A DNA stretch of 64,000 nt from assembly GCA_951406725.2 (NCBI GenBank), contig OX597814.1, positions 15,748,001-15,812,000 of the forward strand, written 5' to 3'. The notes below the pieces were generated by a model. The model was not told the origin of the DNA. It searched no databases and saw nothing but the letters and a program-made list of their open reading frames with translations. The translations under genes were made by a program, and so were the position numbers. Source of the DNA: Octopus vulgaris (taxonomy: Eukaryota). Below are positions 52,824-64,000 of the stretch, piece by piece (the first letter of the stretch is position 1; every line of letters starts with the position of its first letter).

Positions 52824-52895
52824 CTCATTTTGATACAAAACACCAAGTTGGTTGACATTTGCAGAGTTCTGATTCAGCCAAAAATCAGAAAATAC
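52824..52895 (-). CDS. SMPD4: SMPD4 exon (72 nt)
   Basis: VFSDFWLNQNSANVNQLGVLYQNE; TTAG/GTGAG. Confidence 0.9.
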
Positions 52896-53529
52896 CTAAA
52901 TGAAAATAAATCAAGTAAAAACCAAAAATGATTAACAAAAGTTTATGAAAATGTCAGCAGCAGAAAATGCAAGACAATACTGTAAACTTGTTTGCTAGCA
53001 CAGATACACAACATAAATAGATTTTCTTTATGACTCTTAGTTTAGGCTATAGGTTTTAAGATGTCAGAGTTAAAACATGACTGAAGTAACTTTTTAATAC
53101 ACGAGGTAATTAGGCCCATTAGCTTTAATTTATTCTCAACATAATTAAGTTTCAATGCAATTACACAATCGACCATCAGGTTTTAGGGATCTTTACTATT
53201 TGACCAGCAGATTTAGAAAATAATTTTTTGTAACCAAACACTTTCAAACTTCGTATACTGGTATAATGTTTCATATAAAATATCTTTTATTCTTAGCGTT
53301 TTTGAGAAAACTTTATGTTTATGAAGTTATTTCATGTTAAAGTTGTCGTATTTCGGTAATTTCAACCAATCAATGACGTGTATTCAGCTGAATAAAATTA
53401 CTGCCGTCGTTTGTCAACAACAACTATTGGTGGTGTATTTTTCGTTTGTCACTATTATTTATGACATCGTTTGTGCATTTGTTCAGGTTTTAGCTTTAAG
53501 GTTTTAGGGTTAGGGCATCACATGCCAGG

Positions 53530-54630
53530 GGAAGAAACTAGTAGTTAATAGCTTCTGCTACCTAGGCAACCAAGTCTGTAGTGGGGGTGGTTGCTCTGAG
53601 AGTGCAGCAACTAGAGTAAGAATAGCCTGGGCAAAGTTCAAGGAGCCTTTATCTCTGCGGGCAACTAAGGCCCTCTTGCTCAGGGTGAAAGAAAGACTGT
53701 ATGATGCATGTGTGTGAACTGCCATGCTACGTGGCAGTGAAACATGGGCCATTAATGCTGAAGACATGCGTAGGCTTGAAAGAAATTAAGCTAGTATGAT
53801 CTGCTGGATGTGTAATGTCAGTGTGCATACATGACAGAGCATAAGGGCCCTGAGTATAAAATATTGGACATAAGAAGCATCAAATGTGGTGTGCAAGAGA
53901 GGCATCTGTGCTGGTATGGTCCCGTGTTAGGTATGAATTAAGAGAGCTGTGTGAGGAAGTGCCACTCTCTAACTGTAGAAGGAACCTGTGGAAGAGGTAG
54001 ACCCAGAAAGACATAGGACGAGGTGGTGAAGCATGACCTTCGAACATTGGGCCTCACAGAGGCAATGACAGGAGACCAGGACCTTTGGAGTTATGCTGTT
54101 ATTGAAAAGACCCGGCAACTAAAGTGAGATCGCAGCCACGCACTTACAGCCTTGTTAAGAATACTTCTCATGTGTCAGGCGATATGATATGTTAGAGAAG
54201 ACCTGTTGTGTCAAGTAAAATTAATATAGCGGGGCCAGTGTCCCCTGACTGGCTCCTGTACCGGTGGCACGTAAAAAGCACCATCTGAACATGGTCGATA
54301 CCAGGTCCGCCTAAGTGTCTCCTGTGCTGGTGGCACATAAAACCGATCGTGACTGATGCCAGTACCCACTGACTGGCTCCTGCACCGGTGGCATATAAAA
54401 AGCACTATTCAAACATGATCATTGTCAGGCACGTTTTACTGGCCCCTGTGCCAGTGGCACATAAAAAGCACCCACTACACTCTTGGGGTGGTTGGTGTTA
54501 GGAAGGGCATCCGGCTGTAGGAGCTCTGCCAGACCAGATTGGAACTTGGTGCAGCCACTGGCTCTCCAGACCTCAGTCAAACCGTCCGACCCACAGCAGC
54601 ATGGAAAATGGACATTAATCGTCATGATGA
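53530..54630 (+). mobile_element. Decayed RTE LINE 3' portion
   Basis: Similar to 28300-29110 in the opposite orientation; RLYDACV*TAMLRGSETWAINAEDMRRLE. Confidence 0.85.
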
Positions 54631-55068
54631 TGATATATGTATATATGTGTGTCTTTGTGTTTGTCCCCCACTATCATTTGACAATCAGTGTTGGTTTGTT
54701 TACATATTAGCAGTCGAGCAAGGCAGAAATTAAAATATGTATTAGGATTGATTAGCTCAACTAAAATTCTTCACAGCAGTGCCCCAGTATGGTTGTAGTC
54801 CAATGACTAAAGCAAGTAAAAGATAAAAGAATGTCAAAATATCAAATGCCCAATTTGCCATGCCATATATTGCCATTTTTAGGGGAAGTTTCACAATGAT
54901 TCAAGCTTATGAAAAAAGCTACTTCACCATAAAAACAGAAGATGATTATCCACCTGTAATTTTCTCACAATGAAAAAAGGATGACTGCATGTAAAATATG
55001 AAATTGATAATGAATAAAGAAAGAGACACTGAATTGGAAAATGTAAAGTATGTTTCTTAAGGTTTTAC

Positions 55069-55231
55069 CTGAATAAGGGCTTCCGAATGCCACATTTCTG
55101 TACCAGATTGATCAAGGACTGATGGAGATTTGAAAGGTTGTTTCTGAGCAGTGACAACACTGGATTTGAATAATCGAAGACCAGGAATATATTTTGGAGA
55201 AACAGACGAGTGACTGGACTGGATTGGTGAA
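55069..55231 (-). CDS. SMPD4: SMPD4 exon (163 nt)
   Basis: SPIQSSHSSVSPKY...EMWHSEALIQ; TACAG/GTAAA. Confidence 0.88.
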
Positions 55232-56274
55232 CTGTAAATAGAAATATCAATGAGACTTAGTACCAAGTTAACATAGGCTTTTCTTTATTTTAATTACTTG
55301 AAGGTAAAAGATATAAAGAAAATTATTGTTTCAAGGCAAGTGAAATCAAAATCAAAATCGATGACTGGCATCCGTGCTAGCGGGGTGCAAAGTGCACCAT
55401 ACGAGTGTGATTGTTGACAGAACAGCTAACCGGCTTCCGTGCCAGTGGCACATAAAAGGCACCATTCAAGTGTGATTGTTACCAGAATCGCCTTACTGGC
55501 ACATGAGCCCCGTGCTAGTAGGATGCTAAGAGCACCATCTGAGCGTGATCGTTGCCAGAGCGGCTAACTGACCTCTGCGCCAGTGACATGTAAAAGGCAC
55601 CATTCGAGCGTGATCATTACCAGCATCGCCTTACTGGCACCTGTGCCAGTGACATGTGTAAAAAGATTCAAGCGAGGTCGTTGCCAGTACCGCCTGACTG
55701 ACCCAGTGCTGGTGGCACGTAAAAGCAGACACTACACTCTCAGAGTGTTTAGCATTAGGAAGGGCATCCAGCTGTAGAAACTCTGCCAGATCAAGATTGA
55801 AGCCTGGTGCAGCCATCTGGTTCGCCAGCCCTCAGTCAAATCGTCCAACCCATGCTAGCATGGAAAGTGGACGTTAAACGATGATGATGATTCAAAAAAC
55901 AATATCACAATCTAGTCTGAAAATTATTTGAACTCTCATCCTCTGAATGTGAACTAATGAAGTATAACCAATGCAGAACACTACACTTTATATTACTCCT
56001 AGCAAAATATTATCATCGCTGTTTAGTGTCCACTTTTCCATACTTGCATGTGTTGATCAGCTGAACTTTTAAACCCACAAGACATTTTTGTGCCTCATAT
56101 TACTGGTGCTGTTTTACTGGCTGCATTTTTTCAAGCTTTAAACCAACAATATAATTATTCTACTTTAGTAGTAAGCAACAAGAATAAGAATATCATGCTG
56201 AGCAACAGAGTAGAAAAATTATTGGAGAAGAGGAAGGAAAGTACGACACTCATGTTTTTCACGTGAGAAACTAA

Positions 56275-56665
56275 TCTATATATATAAAGCTGAAGTTGTC
56301 TGTGTATGGCAGGTTTGGTAGCCTTCAACTAACACTATCTACTCCGAGACCCTGCAGTGCAAGTTGACCAAAATTGAGAGTATGATAGAAGAAGGCTTGC
56401 TCTTGCTTCCGTAGAAGAAAAGATTCAAATCGGGCCATGTTAAGACCAAAAATTATTTATATCAAAAAGGTGCTTTTTTTTCTCTGAAAATCCTTATTTT
56501 TTACGACTTTTTGACGGCTGTGTCACCATTTTACGGTGTATTTCAACCAGAAAAATGTTCACTTAAAGAGAATAACAAGCTAAATAATGCAAAATTTTTA
56601 CTTTTCAAAAATTTCAATTCTAAAGGGTCGAAACAAACCCGAGCAATGCCAGGCGATACTGCTAG
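56275..56665 (+). mobile_element. Non-autonomous Helitron-like element
   Basis: A|TCTATATATATAAA 5' end, subterminal CCCGAGCAATGCCAGG and CTAG 3' end; no TIR or TSD. Confidence 0.65.
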
Positions 56666-56695
56666 CTAAATGTAAAAGTAAGACAAAGTACTCAC

Positions 56696-56915
56696 CCAGT
56701 ATTCTGGGACTGAATGACAGGACTTCGTACCAAAGATGGCATATGAGGGATGGCTGGAATTTGCTGTTTCTCCAGAGGTAACAAGTAGTCTAAATAATCC
56801 TCAACCAAAGTTGGATATAAAAAAGCAGAAAAGTGACCCCAAATTGGGCAGTTCAGCCTAGATTTAGGGCTCACAAGCATAAAGGCAAAATGGAAAAGAA
56901 ATAATTCAAATGGAG
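56696..56915 (-). CDS. SMPD4: SMPD4 exon (220 nt), preceded by the AC end of a U12 intron
   Basis: (T)PFELFLFHFAFMLVSPK...LYPTLVEDYLDYLLPLEK...QSQNT; GTGAG donor. Confidence 0.9.
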
Positions 56916-57048
56916 GTAAGAACAAAAGAGTTAAGGGAAATGTTAAATTATCAAGTGAGAAAATGTGGTGCCCCAGCATGGCCGCAGCCTTCGGGCTAAA
57001 ACATTTTTAAGGATTTAAGGATTTATCATAAAAAAAGAAATATATATA

Positions 57049-57303
57049 CAGGGTTGGCCAAAAGTCAACCGACAGTAAATCAAAATTCCATAAATACTTA
57101 ATATTCAATTTTATTTAGTCATTCCAATTATGAATGTTTAATAATTGAATATGCTGTGAGTTAAAATCACCGTTTTTCATTTTTTTTTTTTAATTTTCAA
57201 CTTTGTCTATTTATTAGTGAAGTCTCATATAAAACAATTTTTTGCTTTAATCTTGGAATTAAATGGTTTTGATTTACTATCAGGTGACTTTTGGCCAAAC
57301 CTG
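57049..57303. mobile_element. Tc1-like MITE
   Basis: TA-CAGGGTTGGCCAAAAGTCAACCGACAGTAAATCAAAA ... TTTTGATTTACTATCAGGTGACTTTTGGCCAAACCTG. Confidence 0.75.
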
Positions 57304-57319
57304 TGTATGAGTAGTATAA

Positions 57320-57890
57320 GATGTTTTTGATTCGACGGTCATTCAGAATGCTCACAGCAGCCATATTCCTACTGCTCTATGTCACACTGGTGAGACCCAT
57401 ATTGGAGTACGGGATTCAAGCCTCTTCTTATCTCCTCAAAGACATACATCATCTCGAAAGAGTCCAGAAGCTGGCTACCCACATAGTTCTTGGTCTCAAG
57501 CATTTGTCTTATGAAGAAAGGCTGAAGACGCTCGACCTTTATTCTCTAGAAAAACGACGATCTCATTCTCGCTCACAACATCATAAGCAGAAAGTGTAAC
57601 CTCTCGAAAGAGCTGTTCTTCACTCCTGCTCCAGAGCGTGGGCTGCGGGGTCACTCCGCAAAGCTCTATCTATGACGATTTCATCTCAATCAAAGAAGAG
57701 GAGCTTTCTCCGTCCGGGTTGCGGATCCGTGGAATAAGCTGCCAGACGAGATAGTGAAGATGCCGCCGACCGCTCAGTTCAAAGACTCTCTTGACCAGAA
57801 ATGGCCTGAACTCTTTGTATGACCACCCTCCCTATACATAACTCCCTGTCCCGCTACATAACCTTGCTCTTGCTTTTTGAGCCAATAAAA
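57320..57890 (+). mobile_element. CR1-type LINE 3' fragment
   Basis: LLLYVTLVRPILEYG...LERVQKLAT...LSYEERLKTLDLYSLEKRR. Confidence 0.85.
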
Positions 57891-58370
57891 ATTGAATTGA
57901 ATCGAAGTGGACTCAGTGCTTTTTGTGTGGCACTGGCACAGGGAAAATTAGTTTTGGCATGATTTTTATAGCTGGATGCCCTTCCAAATGCTAACCACTT
58001 TACAGTGTGGACTGGATTCTTTTTACGTGGCACCAGCACTGGCAGGGTCACCAAGTAACTTGCAAGACAAAGAATTTTGAGAGGGGCAGGGGCATTTGAG
58101 GCGAGGAACTAGTGTCAGAGAATAAAAGATTTAAAGTGTGACAGAGGGACAGAGGCGAAAACAGGTATCTTGCTATAATGGAGTGCGGGGCATTAGAGGA
58201 GGTGATCCAGAAATAGCAGCAAAGAAAATTTGTAAAAATCAAATCACTGCATGTAAGGGACAGAGTAGTCAAATTAATCACAGTATTTGATTAGTATCAA
58301 CTCCGGCAGTACGAAAGGCCAAGTCTACCTTGGTGGGATTTAAACTAAGGACATATTTAAATATGCCTAC

Positions 58371-59315
58371 AAAAAACACCACTTGAGCATGGCTGTTGCC
58401 AGTACCGCCTGACTGGCGCTTTGTGTTGGTAGCACATAAAAGCACCCACTACACTCTCGAAGTGGTTGGCGCTAGGAAGGACATCCAGCTATAGAAACTC
58501 TGCCAGATCAGATTGGAGTCTGGTGCAGCCATCTGGTTTGCCAGACCTCAGTCAAATCATTCAACCATGCTAGCAATAATGATAATATTTCAAACTTTTG
58601 GCCACAACTGTATACTGATACTTTAAATGCTGTGTTCACTTATGCTCCAATAATATGTGCTTATGAAATTTTGTGAAAAATGAGGAAATAAAGTGTCAAA
58701 CTGTTAGGTCCCTCTCTCTGCAGACTGTTGTACCTTTTTAGTGTTGGTACAATGACACAATGTTCACTCAGTAAGGTGGTTGGTAGCAAGAAAAGCATCT
58801 GGCCATATGCCACCAGCTCAAATGCCAGTAAGGTGACGCTGGTAACGATCATGTTTGAATGGTGCTTTTTACGTGCCACCAGCACAGAAGCCAGTTAGCT
58901 GCTCTGGTAGCAATCATGCTCGGATAGTGCTCTTAGCACTCCACTGGCACGGGTGCCAATATTTGTTTCTATCTCATGCTGGTAACATGTTAAAGGTACC
59001 TGTGGAGTGGTTGGCATAGAAACCAAGCCAAAACAGACGGGAGCCTGGGGCAGCTCTCCAGTTTACCAGTTCCAGTCAAACTTTCTTACCCATGCCTGCA
59101 TGGAAAATGGATGTTAAATGATGATGATGTCTTTATGTTCTGAGTTCAGATTCTGCTCAGATTACCCTCAGAGATCAGAAAAATAAATATGATGAAACCC
59201 CTGAAAGCAGTGCCTAGGATGGCCACAATCCAATGAGTGAATAAAAGCGTATGATACATGTATAAATTTCTAATTTCTTTTTGCAGGTGGAATTCCAGAA
59301 TGCTATTTCGAAACC
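58371..59315 (+). repeat. Inverted duplication of 62578-63483, including the SMPD4 acceptor and the first 29 nt of the exon
   Basis: Identical ORF-track peptides at 58661-58885(-) and 62969-63193(+); TTTTTGCAG-GTGGAATTCCAGAATGCTATTTCGAAACC at ~59278-59315. Confidence 0.95.
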
Positions 59316-59954
59316 TGTTGGGGCAAGTGAAATCGGAATTGAAATTGAACCAATCCTATGACTGGCACCCGGCAGATGCCAGGACCCCTGGACTGGAGAT
59401 ACGTAAAAAGCACTATCCGAATCGTGGCCGATGCCAGCGCCGCCTCGACTGGCTTCCGTGTCGGTGGCACGTAAAATGCACCAATCCGAATCGTGGCCGA
59501 AGCCAGTGCCGCCTCGACTGGCTTCCGTGCAGGTGGCACGTAAAATACACCAATCCGACCGTGGCCGATGCCAGCCTCGCCTGGCACCAGTGCAGGTGGC
59601 ACGTAAAAAGCACCCACTACACTCACGGAGTGGTTGGCATTAGGAAGGGCATCCAGCTGTAGAAACATTGCCAGATAAGACCGGAATCTGGTGCAGCCTT
59701 CTGGCTTCCCAGATCCCCGGTCGAACCGTCCAACCCATGCTAGCATGGAGAACGGACGTTAAACGATGATGATGATGATGATGTAAGGCATTTTCTCTAA
59801 CCCTTTGCAATTCTGCCATCAAAATGTTTACAATTTAAAAAATCAGTTTCTACAAGACAAATGAATAAAAACATCATCAGCATGGAAGACGGATATTAAA
59901 CAATGACGATGATGATGATGCATAAGTGTGTAGTAGCACATTTAAAAAGGATAT

Positions 59955-60051
59955 TGAGAGTTAGATAAGGACGACCAAATGCTTGCATCTGTAGTTTGTT
60001 GGCGTAAAATACCGGCACAGCTCCTTCTTCAATCAAACGTCTTGTTGGTGC
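59955..60051 (-). CDS. SMPD4: SMPD4 exon (97 nt) ending at the U12 AT donor
   Basis: CTAG acceptor; APTRRLIEEGAVPVFYANKLQMQAFGRPYLTL, then ATATCCTT. Confidence 0.9.
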
Positions 60052-60601
60052 CTAGAATAAATTCAGACAGTAAATATATTAAAAAGTGAAAAGAAGTCAA
60101 ATATTAGTTTCAAATTTTTAGTACAAGGCCAGAAATTTTGAGGGAGAGGCTTAGTCGATTACATTGACCCCCAGTACTCAACTGGTACTTTATTGTTTTC
60201 TACTCTAGGCAAAAGGCCTGAAATTTTGGGGAAGGGGGGGGCAGTCGATTAGATCGACTCCAGTATGAAACTGGTACTTAATTTATCAATCCTGAAAGGA
60301 TGAAAGGCAAAGTCAACCTCGGCGGAATCTGAACTCAGAATGTAAAAGCAGGCGAAATATTGCTAAGCATTTCACCCAGTGTGCTAACGTTTCTGCCAGC
60401 TTGCCACCTTTGGTGCTTAATTTATTGATCTTGAATGGATTTTATTTTTAGAATGACATTGTAGGGTAGGTATGAGAGATTTGATCAGGCTGGTTTGAAC
60501 ATAAAACACATAGAATATTTGTGTTTGATATGACCAGTTTAAATGCAAAAGAATTAAGTGTTTGTAAAACATTAAAAGTAAAACGAAATGTTCATACTTA
60601 C

Positions 60602-60817
60602 TGGTAGACAATGCAAAGGGAAATCATATGATAAATAAGGATCTGATTGTAGGCGATATACCAATTTCATTAAGGGGCCATTTGGTGACAGAAAAGCCCT
60701 GCCATATTCATATTCTTCTGGTGTTTTGATCTTGTTGATATATTCTAAATTCCAACCAGGCTCATGGCCAAATCCGAAAATACTTTCTAATATAGTTGGG
60801 AAAATATGGTGAGCTTC
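60602..60817 (-). CDS. SMPD4: SMPD4 exon (216 nt)
   Basis: EAHHIFPTILESIFG...GWNL...FLSPNGPLMKLVYRLQ...YDFPLHCLP matches the recalled SMPD4 N-terminal region. Confidence 0.95.
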
Positions 60818-61439
60818 CTGCATAAAACACAAAACAGAAATTAAATAAAAAGACACACACATACAACTTTCAACATCAAAATTAATCTTAATGAAACATA
60901 TAAAGACCCCCTTCGGTCACGACACAGACCATGGGATTGCACCTAGAAAGTTACCCTCCTAGACACAAGTCCGGGCAAGGTTGTTTATGGAAGACCAGCA
61001 GTCACCCATGCATACCAGCCTCCCCTCTCCACGCCACCAGTGTTATCCAAGGGAAAGACAAAGGCCGATTCAGCTTGGCACCAGTGACGTCGCAACTCAT
61101 TTCTACAGCTGAGTGAACTGGAGCAACGTGAAATAAAGTGCCTTGCTCAAGAACACAACACGCAGCCCGGTCCGGGATTCGAGCTCACAACCTCACGATC
61201 GTAAGCTCGACGCTCTAACATCTGAGCCATGTGCCTTCACCTAATGAAGCATATATAGAAAAAAAAATTCACTGGAAATTCAGAGAAACAAGCACTAAAT
61301 GAATGCTATAGTTTTTCCTTTAATTATTTCAGTATGCACCTCAACTTTTCTGCTTATATCTACAGTTTTTATGCTATTTCTAATAGTAGACACACCACTT
61401 TTACATACATTTTCATTGGGAAAAAATGACATATAGTAT

Positions 61440-61664
61440 AAGGGTTAAGAAAAAAAGTAGATTGAGTTTTAATATTATTAATCAATATATAGGTATAGGA
61501 GTAGCTGTGTAGTAAGTAGCTTGCTTACCAACCACATGGTTCTGGGTTCATTCCCACTGCGTGACACTTTGGGCAAGCGTCTTCTACTATAGCCTCGGGC
61601 CGACCAAAGCCTTTTGAGTGGATTTGGTAGACGGAAACTGAAAGAAGCCCGTTGTATATTTTTT

Positions 61665-61698
<34 letters not shown>

Positions 61699-62129
61699 TG
61701 CGTCGGTGTTTGTCCCCCAAACATCTCTTGACAACCGATGCTGGTGTGTTTAGTCCCCATAACTTAGCGGTTTGGCAAAAGAGACCAATAGAATAAGCAT
61801 TAGGCTTACAAAGAATAAATTCTGGGGTCGCTTTGCTCGACTAAAGGTGGTGCTCTGGCATGGCCACAGTCAAATGACTGAAAAGAGTAAAGAGTATATC
61901 AGCAAGAAGGGTTAAGAAAAAAAGTTGATTGAGTTTTAATATTATTAATCAATATATAGGTATAGGAGTAGCTGTGTAGTAAGTAGCTTGCTTACCAACC
62001 ACATGATTCTGGGTTCATTCCCACTGCGTGACACTTTGGGCAAGCGTCTTCTACTATAGCCTCGGGCCGACCAAAGCCTTTTGAGTGGATTTGGTAGACG
62101 GAAACTGAAAGAAGCCCGTTGTATATTTT

Positions 62130-62173
<44 letters not shown>

Positions 62174-62382
62174 TGCGTCGGTGTTTGTACCCCAAACATC
62201 TCTTGAAACCGATGCTGGTGTGTTTAGTCCCCGTAACTTAGCGGTTTGGCAAAAGAGACCAATAGAATAAGCACTAGGCTTACAAAGAATAAATTCTGGG
62301 GTCGCTTTGCTCGACTAAAGGCGGTGCTCTGGCATGGCCGCAGTCAAATGACTGAAAAGAGTAAAGAGTATATCAGCAAGAA
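61440..62382 (+). repeat. Tandem duplication (2 x ~467 bp) of a family-A SINE plus flanks
   Basis: AAGGGTTAAGAAAAAAAGT... recurs at ~61440 and ~61907; both units end AGAGTATATCAGCAAGAAGG. Confidence 0.9.
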
Positions 62383-62522
62383 GGAAGAGAAAAATGATGC
62401 TGGCATCCAATATACTGTTAATGAACAATGTATAAATGGTGGAAAACTCTGAGAAAGCACCTCCAGTCTCTTACAGATCCTCAGAGTATTACTAAGATAA
62501 ACATCCATAAGGATGTACTTAC

Positions 62523-62606
62523 CTTTGTACTTATGCTCATGATAATTGAAGTCACCATTTCAAAACGCTTTAACAGTGGTTTCGAAATAGCATTCTGGAA
62601 TTCCAC
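62523..62606 (-). CDS. SMPD4: SMPD4 most 5' coding exon in the window (84 nt; start codon presumably further upstream)
   Basis: TTTTTGCAG/GTAAGT; VEFQNAISKPLLKRFEMVTSIIMSISTK, in frame with the next exon. Confidence 0.8.
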
Positions 62607-63243
62607 CTGCAAAAAGAAATTAGAAATTTATACATGTATCATACGCTTTTATTCATTCATTGGATTGTGGCCATCCTAGGCACTGCTTTCAGGGGGTTAA
62701 TCTGAGCAGAATCTGAACTCAGAACATAAAGACATCATCATCATTTAATATCCATTTTCCATGGGTAAGAAAGTTTGACTGGAACTGGTAAACTGGAGAG
62801 CTGCACCAGGCTCCCGTCTGTTTTGGCTTGGTTTCTATGCCAACCACTCCACAGGTACCTTTAACATGTTACCAGCATGAGATAGAAACAAATATTGGCA
62901 CCCGTGCCAGTGGAGTGCTAAGAGCACCATCCGAGCATGATTGCTACCAGAGCAGCTAACTGGCTTCTGTGCTGGTGGCACGTAAAAAGCACCATTCAAA
63001 CATGATCGTTACCAGCGTCACCTTACTGGCATTTGAGCTGGTGGCATATGGCCAGATGCCTTTCTTGCTACCAACCACCTTACTGAGTGAACATTGTGTC
63101 ATTGTACCAACACTAAAAAGGTACAACAGTCTGCAGAGAGAGGGACCTAACAGTTTGACACTTTATTTCCTCATTTTTCACAAAATTTCATAAGCACATA
63201 TTATTGGAGCATAAGTGAACACAGCATTTAAAGCATCAGTATA

Positions 63244-63752
63244 CAGTTGTGGTCAAAAGTTTGAAATATTATCATTATTGCTAGCATGGTTGGATGATTT
63301 GACTGAGGTCTGGCAAACCAGATGGCTGCACCAGACTCCAATCTGATCTGGCAGAGTTTCTATAGCTGGATGTCCTTCCTAGCGCCAACCACTTCGAGAG
63401 TGTAGTGGGTGCTTTTATGTGCCACCAACACAAAGGGCCAGTCAGGCGGTACTGGCAACAGCCATGCTCAAGTGGTGTTTTTTACATGCCACCTGCACAG
63501 GAGCCAGTCCAGCAGCACTGGCAACGACCTCACTCGAATGTTTTTTCATGTGCCAGGTAACGGTAATGCTTGTATGGTACTCTTAATGCTCCACTAGCAT
63601 GGATGTCAGTCATCAGGTCTGAAAATTAGAAATTTTACATCAAATGCCCAGTTATATTCATTTTGCAATATACTATTACCACTTACAGTAATATGGTGGA
63701 TATAACAATTTTAATTTAATAAATGAATGTTCCAAACTTTTGGTCATGACTA
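63244..63752. mobile_element. Tc1-like MITE interrupted by an RTE 3'-UTR repeat
   Basis: TA-CAGTTGTGGTCAAAAGTTTG ... CAAACTTTTGGTCATGACTA. Confidence 0.5.
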
Positions 63753-64000
63753 TGTGTGACAGAGAGAAGTCAGTGCTGGCAAGGATACATGATGTGAATG
63801 GATCTCGAGTAAAGAGTAATGAGATGCCATCTACTGACAAAAGAATGCAGTGACGGAGGAAGATGTAGGATGAAATGGTGAAGGGTAGATCTTAGGAATC
63901 CGGGGTCTCACAAATGAGATGGTTTTCAAGCAAAATGAATAGCAATATGCTGTGTTAGATCTGTACAATCCATGCCAGCACAGATCTGGCCTCACAGAAG

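Larger units (their letters stand above)
56916..59954 (-). other. U12-type AT-AC intron (3039 nt)
   Basis: 5' end ATATCCTTTT at 59954; branch sequence TTCCCTTAAC at 56939-56930; 3' end TTAC at 56916; the junction restores the reading frame. Confidence 0.92.

Noticed and set aside
53490-53516. TTAGGG-like telomeric repeats
   Set aside because: Only about two perfect units; too short to call an interstitial telomere.
59278-59315. Apparent + strand exon start (GCAG|GTGGAATTC...)
   Set aside because: It is the truncated inverted copy of the SMPD4 exon, antisense to the gene, with no donor or continuation.

Overview
Eukaryotic, AT-rich, repeat- and microsatellite-dense genomic DNA. The SINE, RTE-tail and microsatellite repertoire looks like an octopus/cephalopod genome (inferred from recognition, not proven). 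Two convergent protein-coding genes are visible. The first is the large terminal exon of a two-pore-domain (K2P/TWiK, TRESK-like architecture) potassium channel on + (15560-16671). The second is 16 coding exons of an SMPD4 (neutral sphingomyelinase-3) orthologue on - (62606 to 33174), which splice in frame to about 807 aa; its first exon appears to lie outside the window. One SMPD4 intron is a minor-spliceosome AT-AC (U12) intron. It contains a ~0.9-kb inverted duplication of an upstream SMPD4 intron/exon boundary. Between the genes, ~235-bp inverted arms, each with an essentially complete type-I hammerhead ribozyme motif, enclose ~2.2 kb of complex microsatellite. A tRNA-headed SINE-like element nearby also ends in a hammerhead-like tail. 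The rest is fossil Penelope, mariner, RTE, CR1, Dong/R4-like and Helitron-like elements, MITEs, and several SINE families, some amplified into tandem arrays. Most ORFs in the supplied track are microsatellite or repeat noise.
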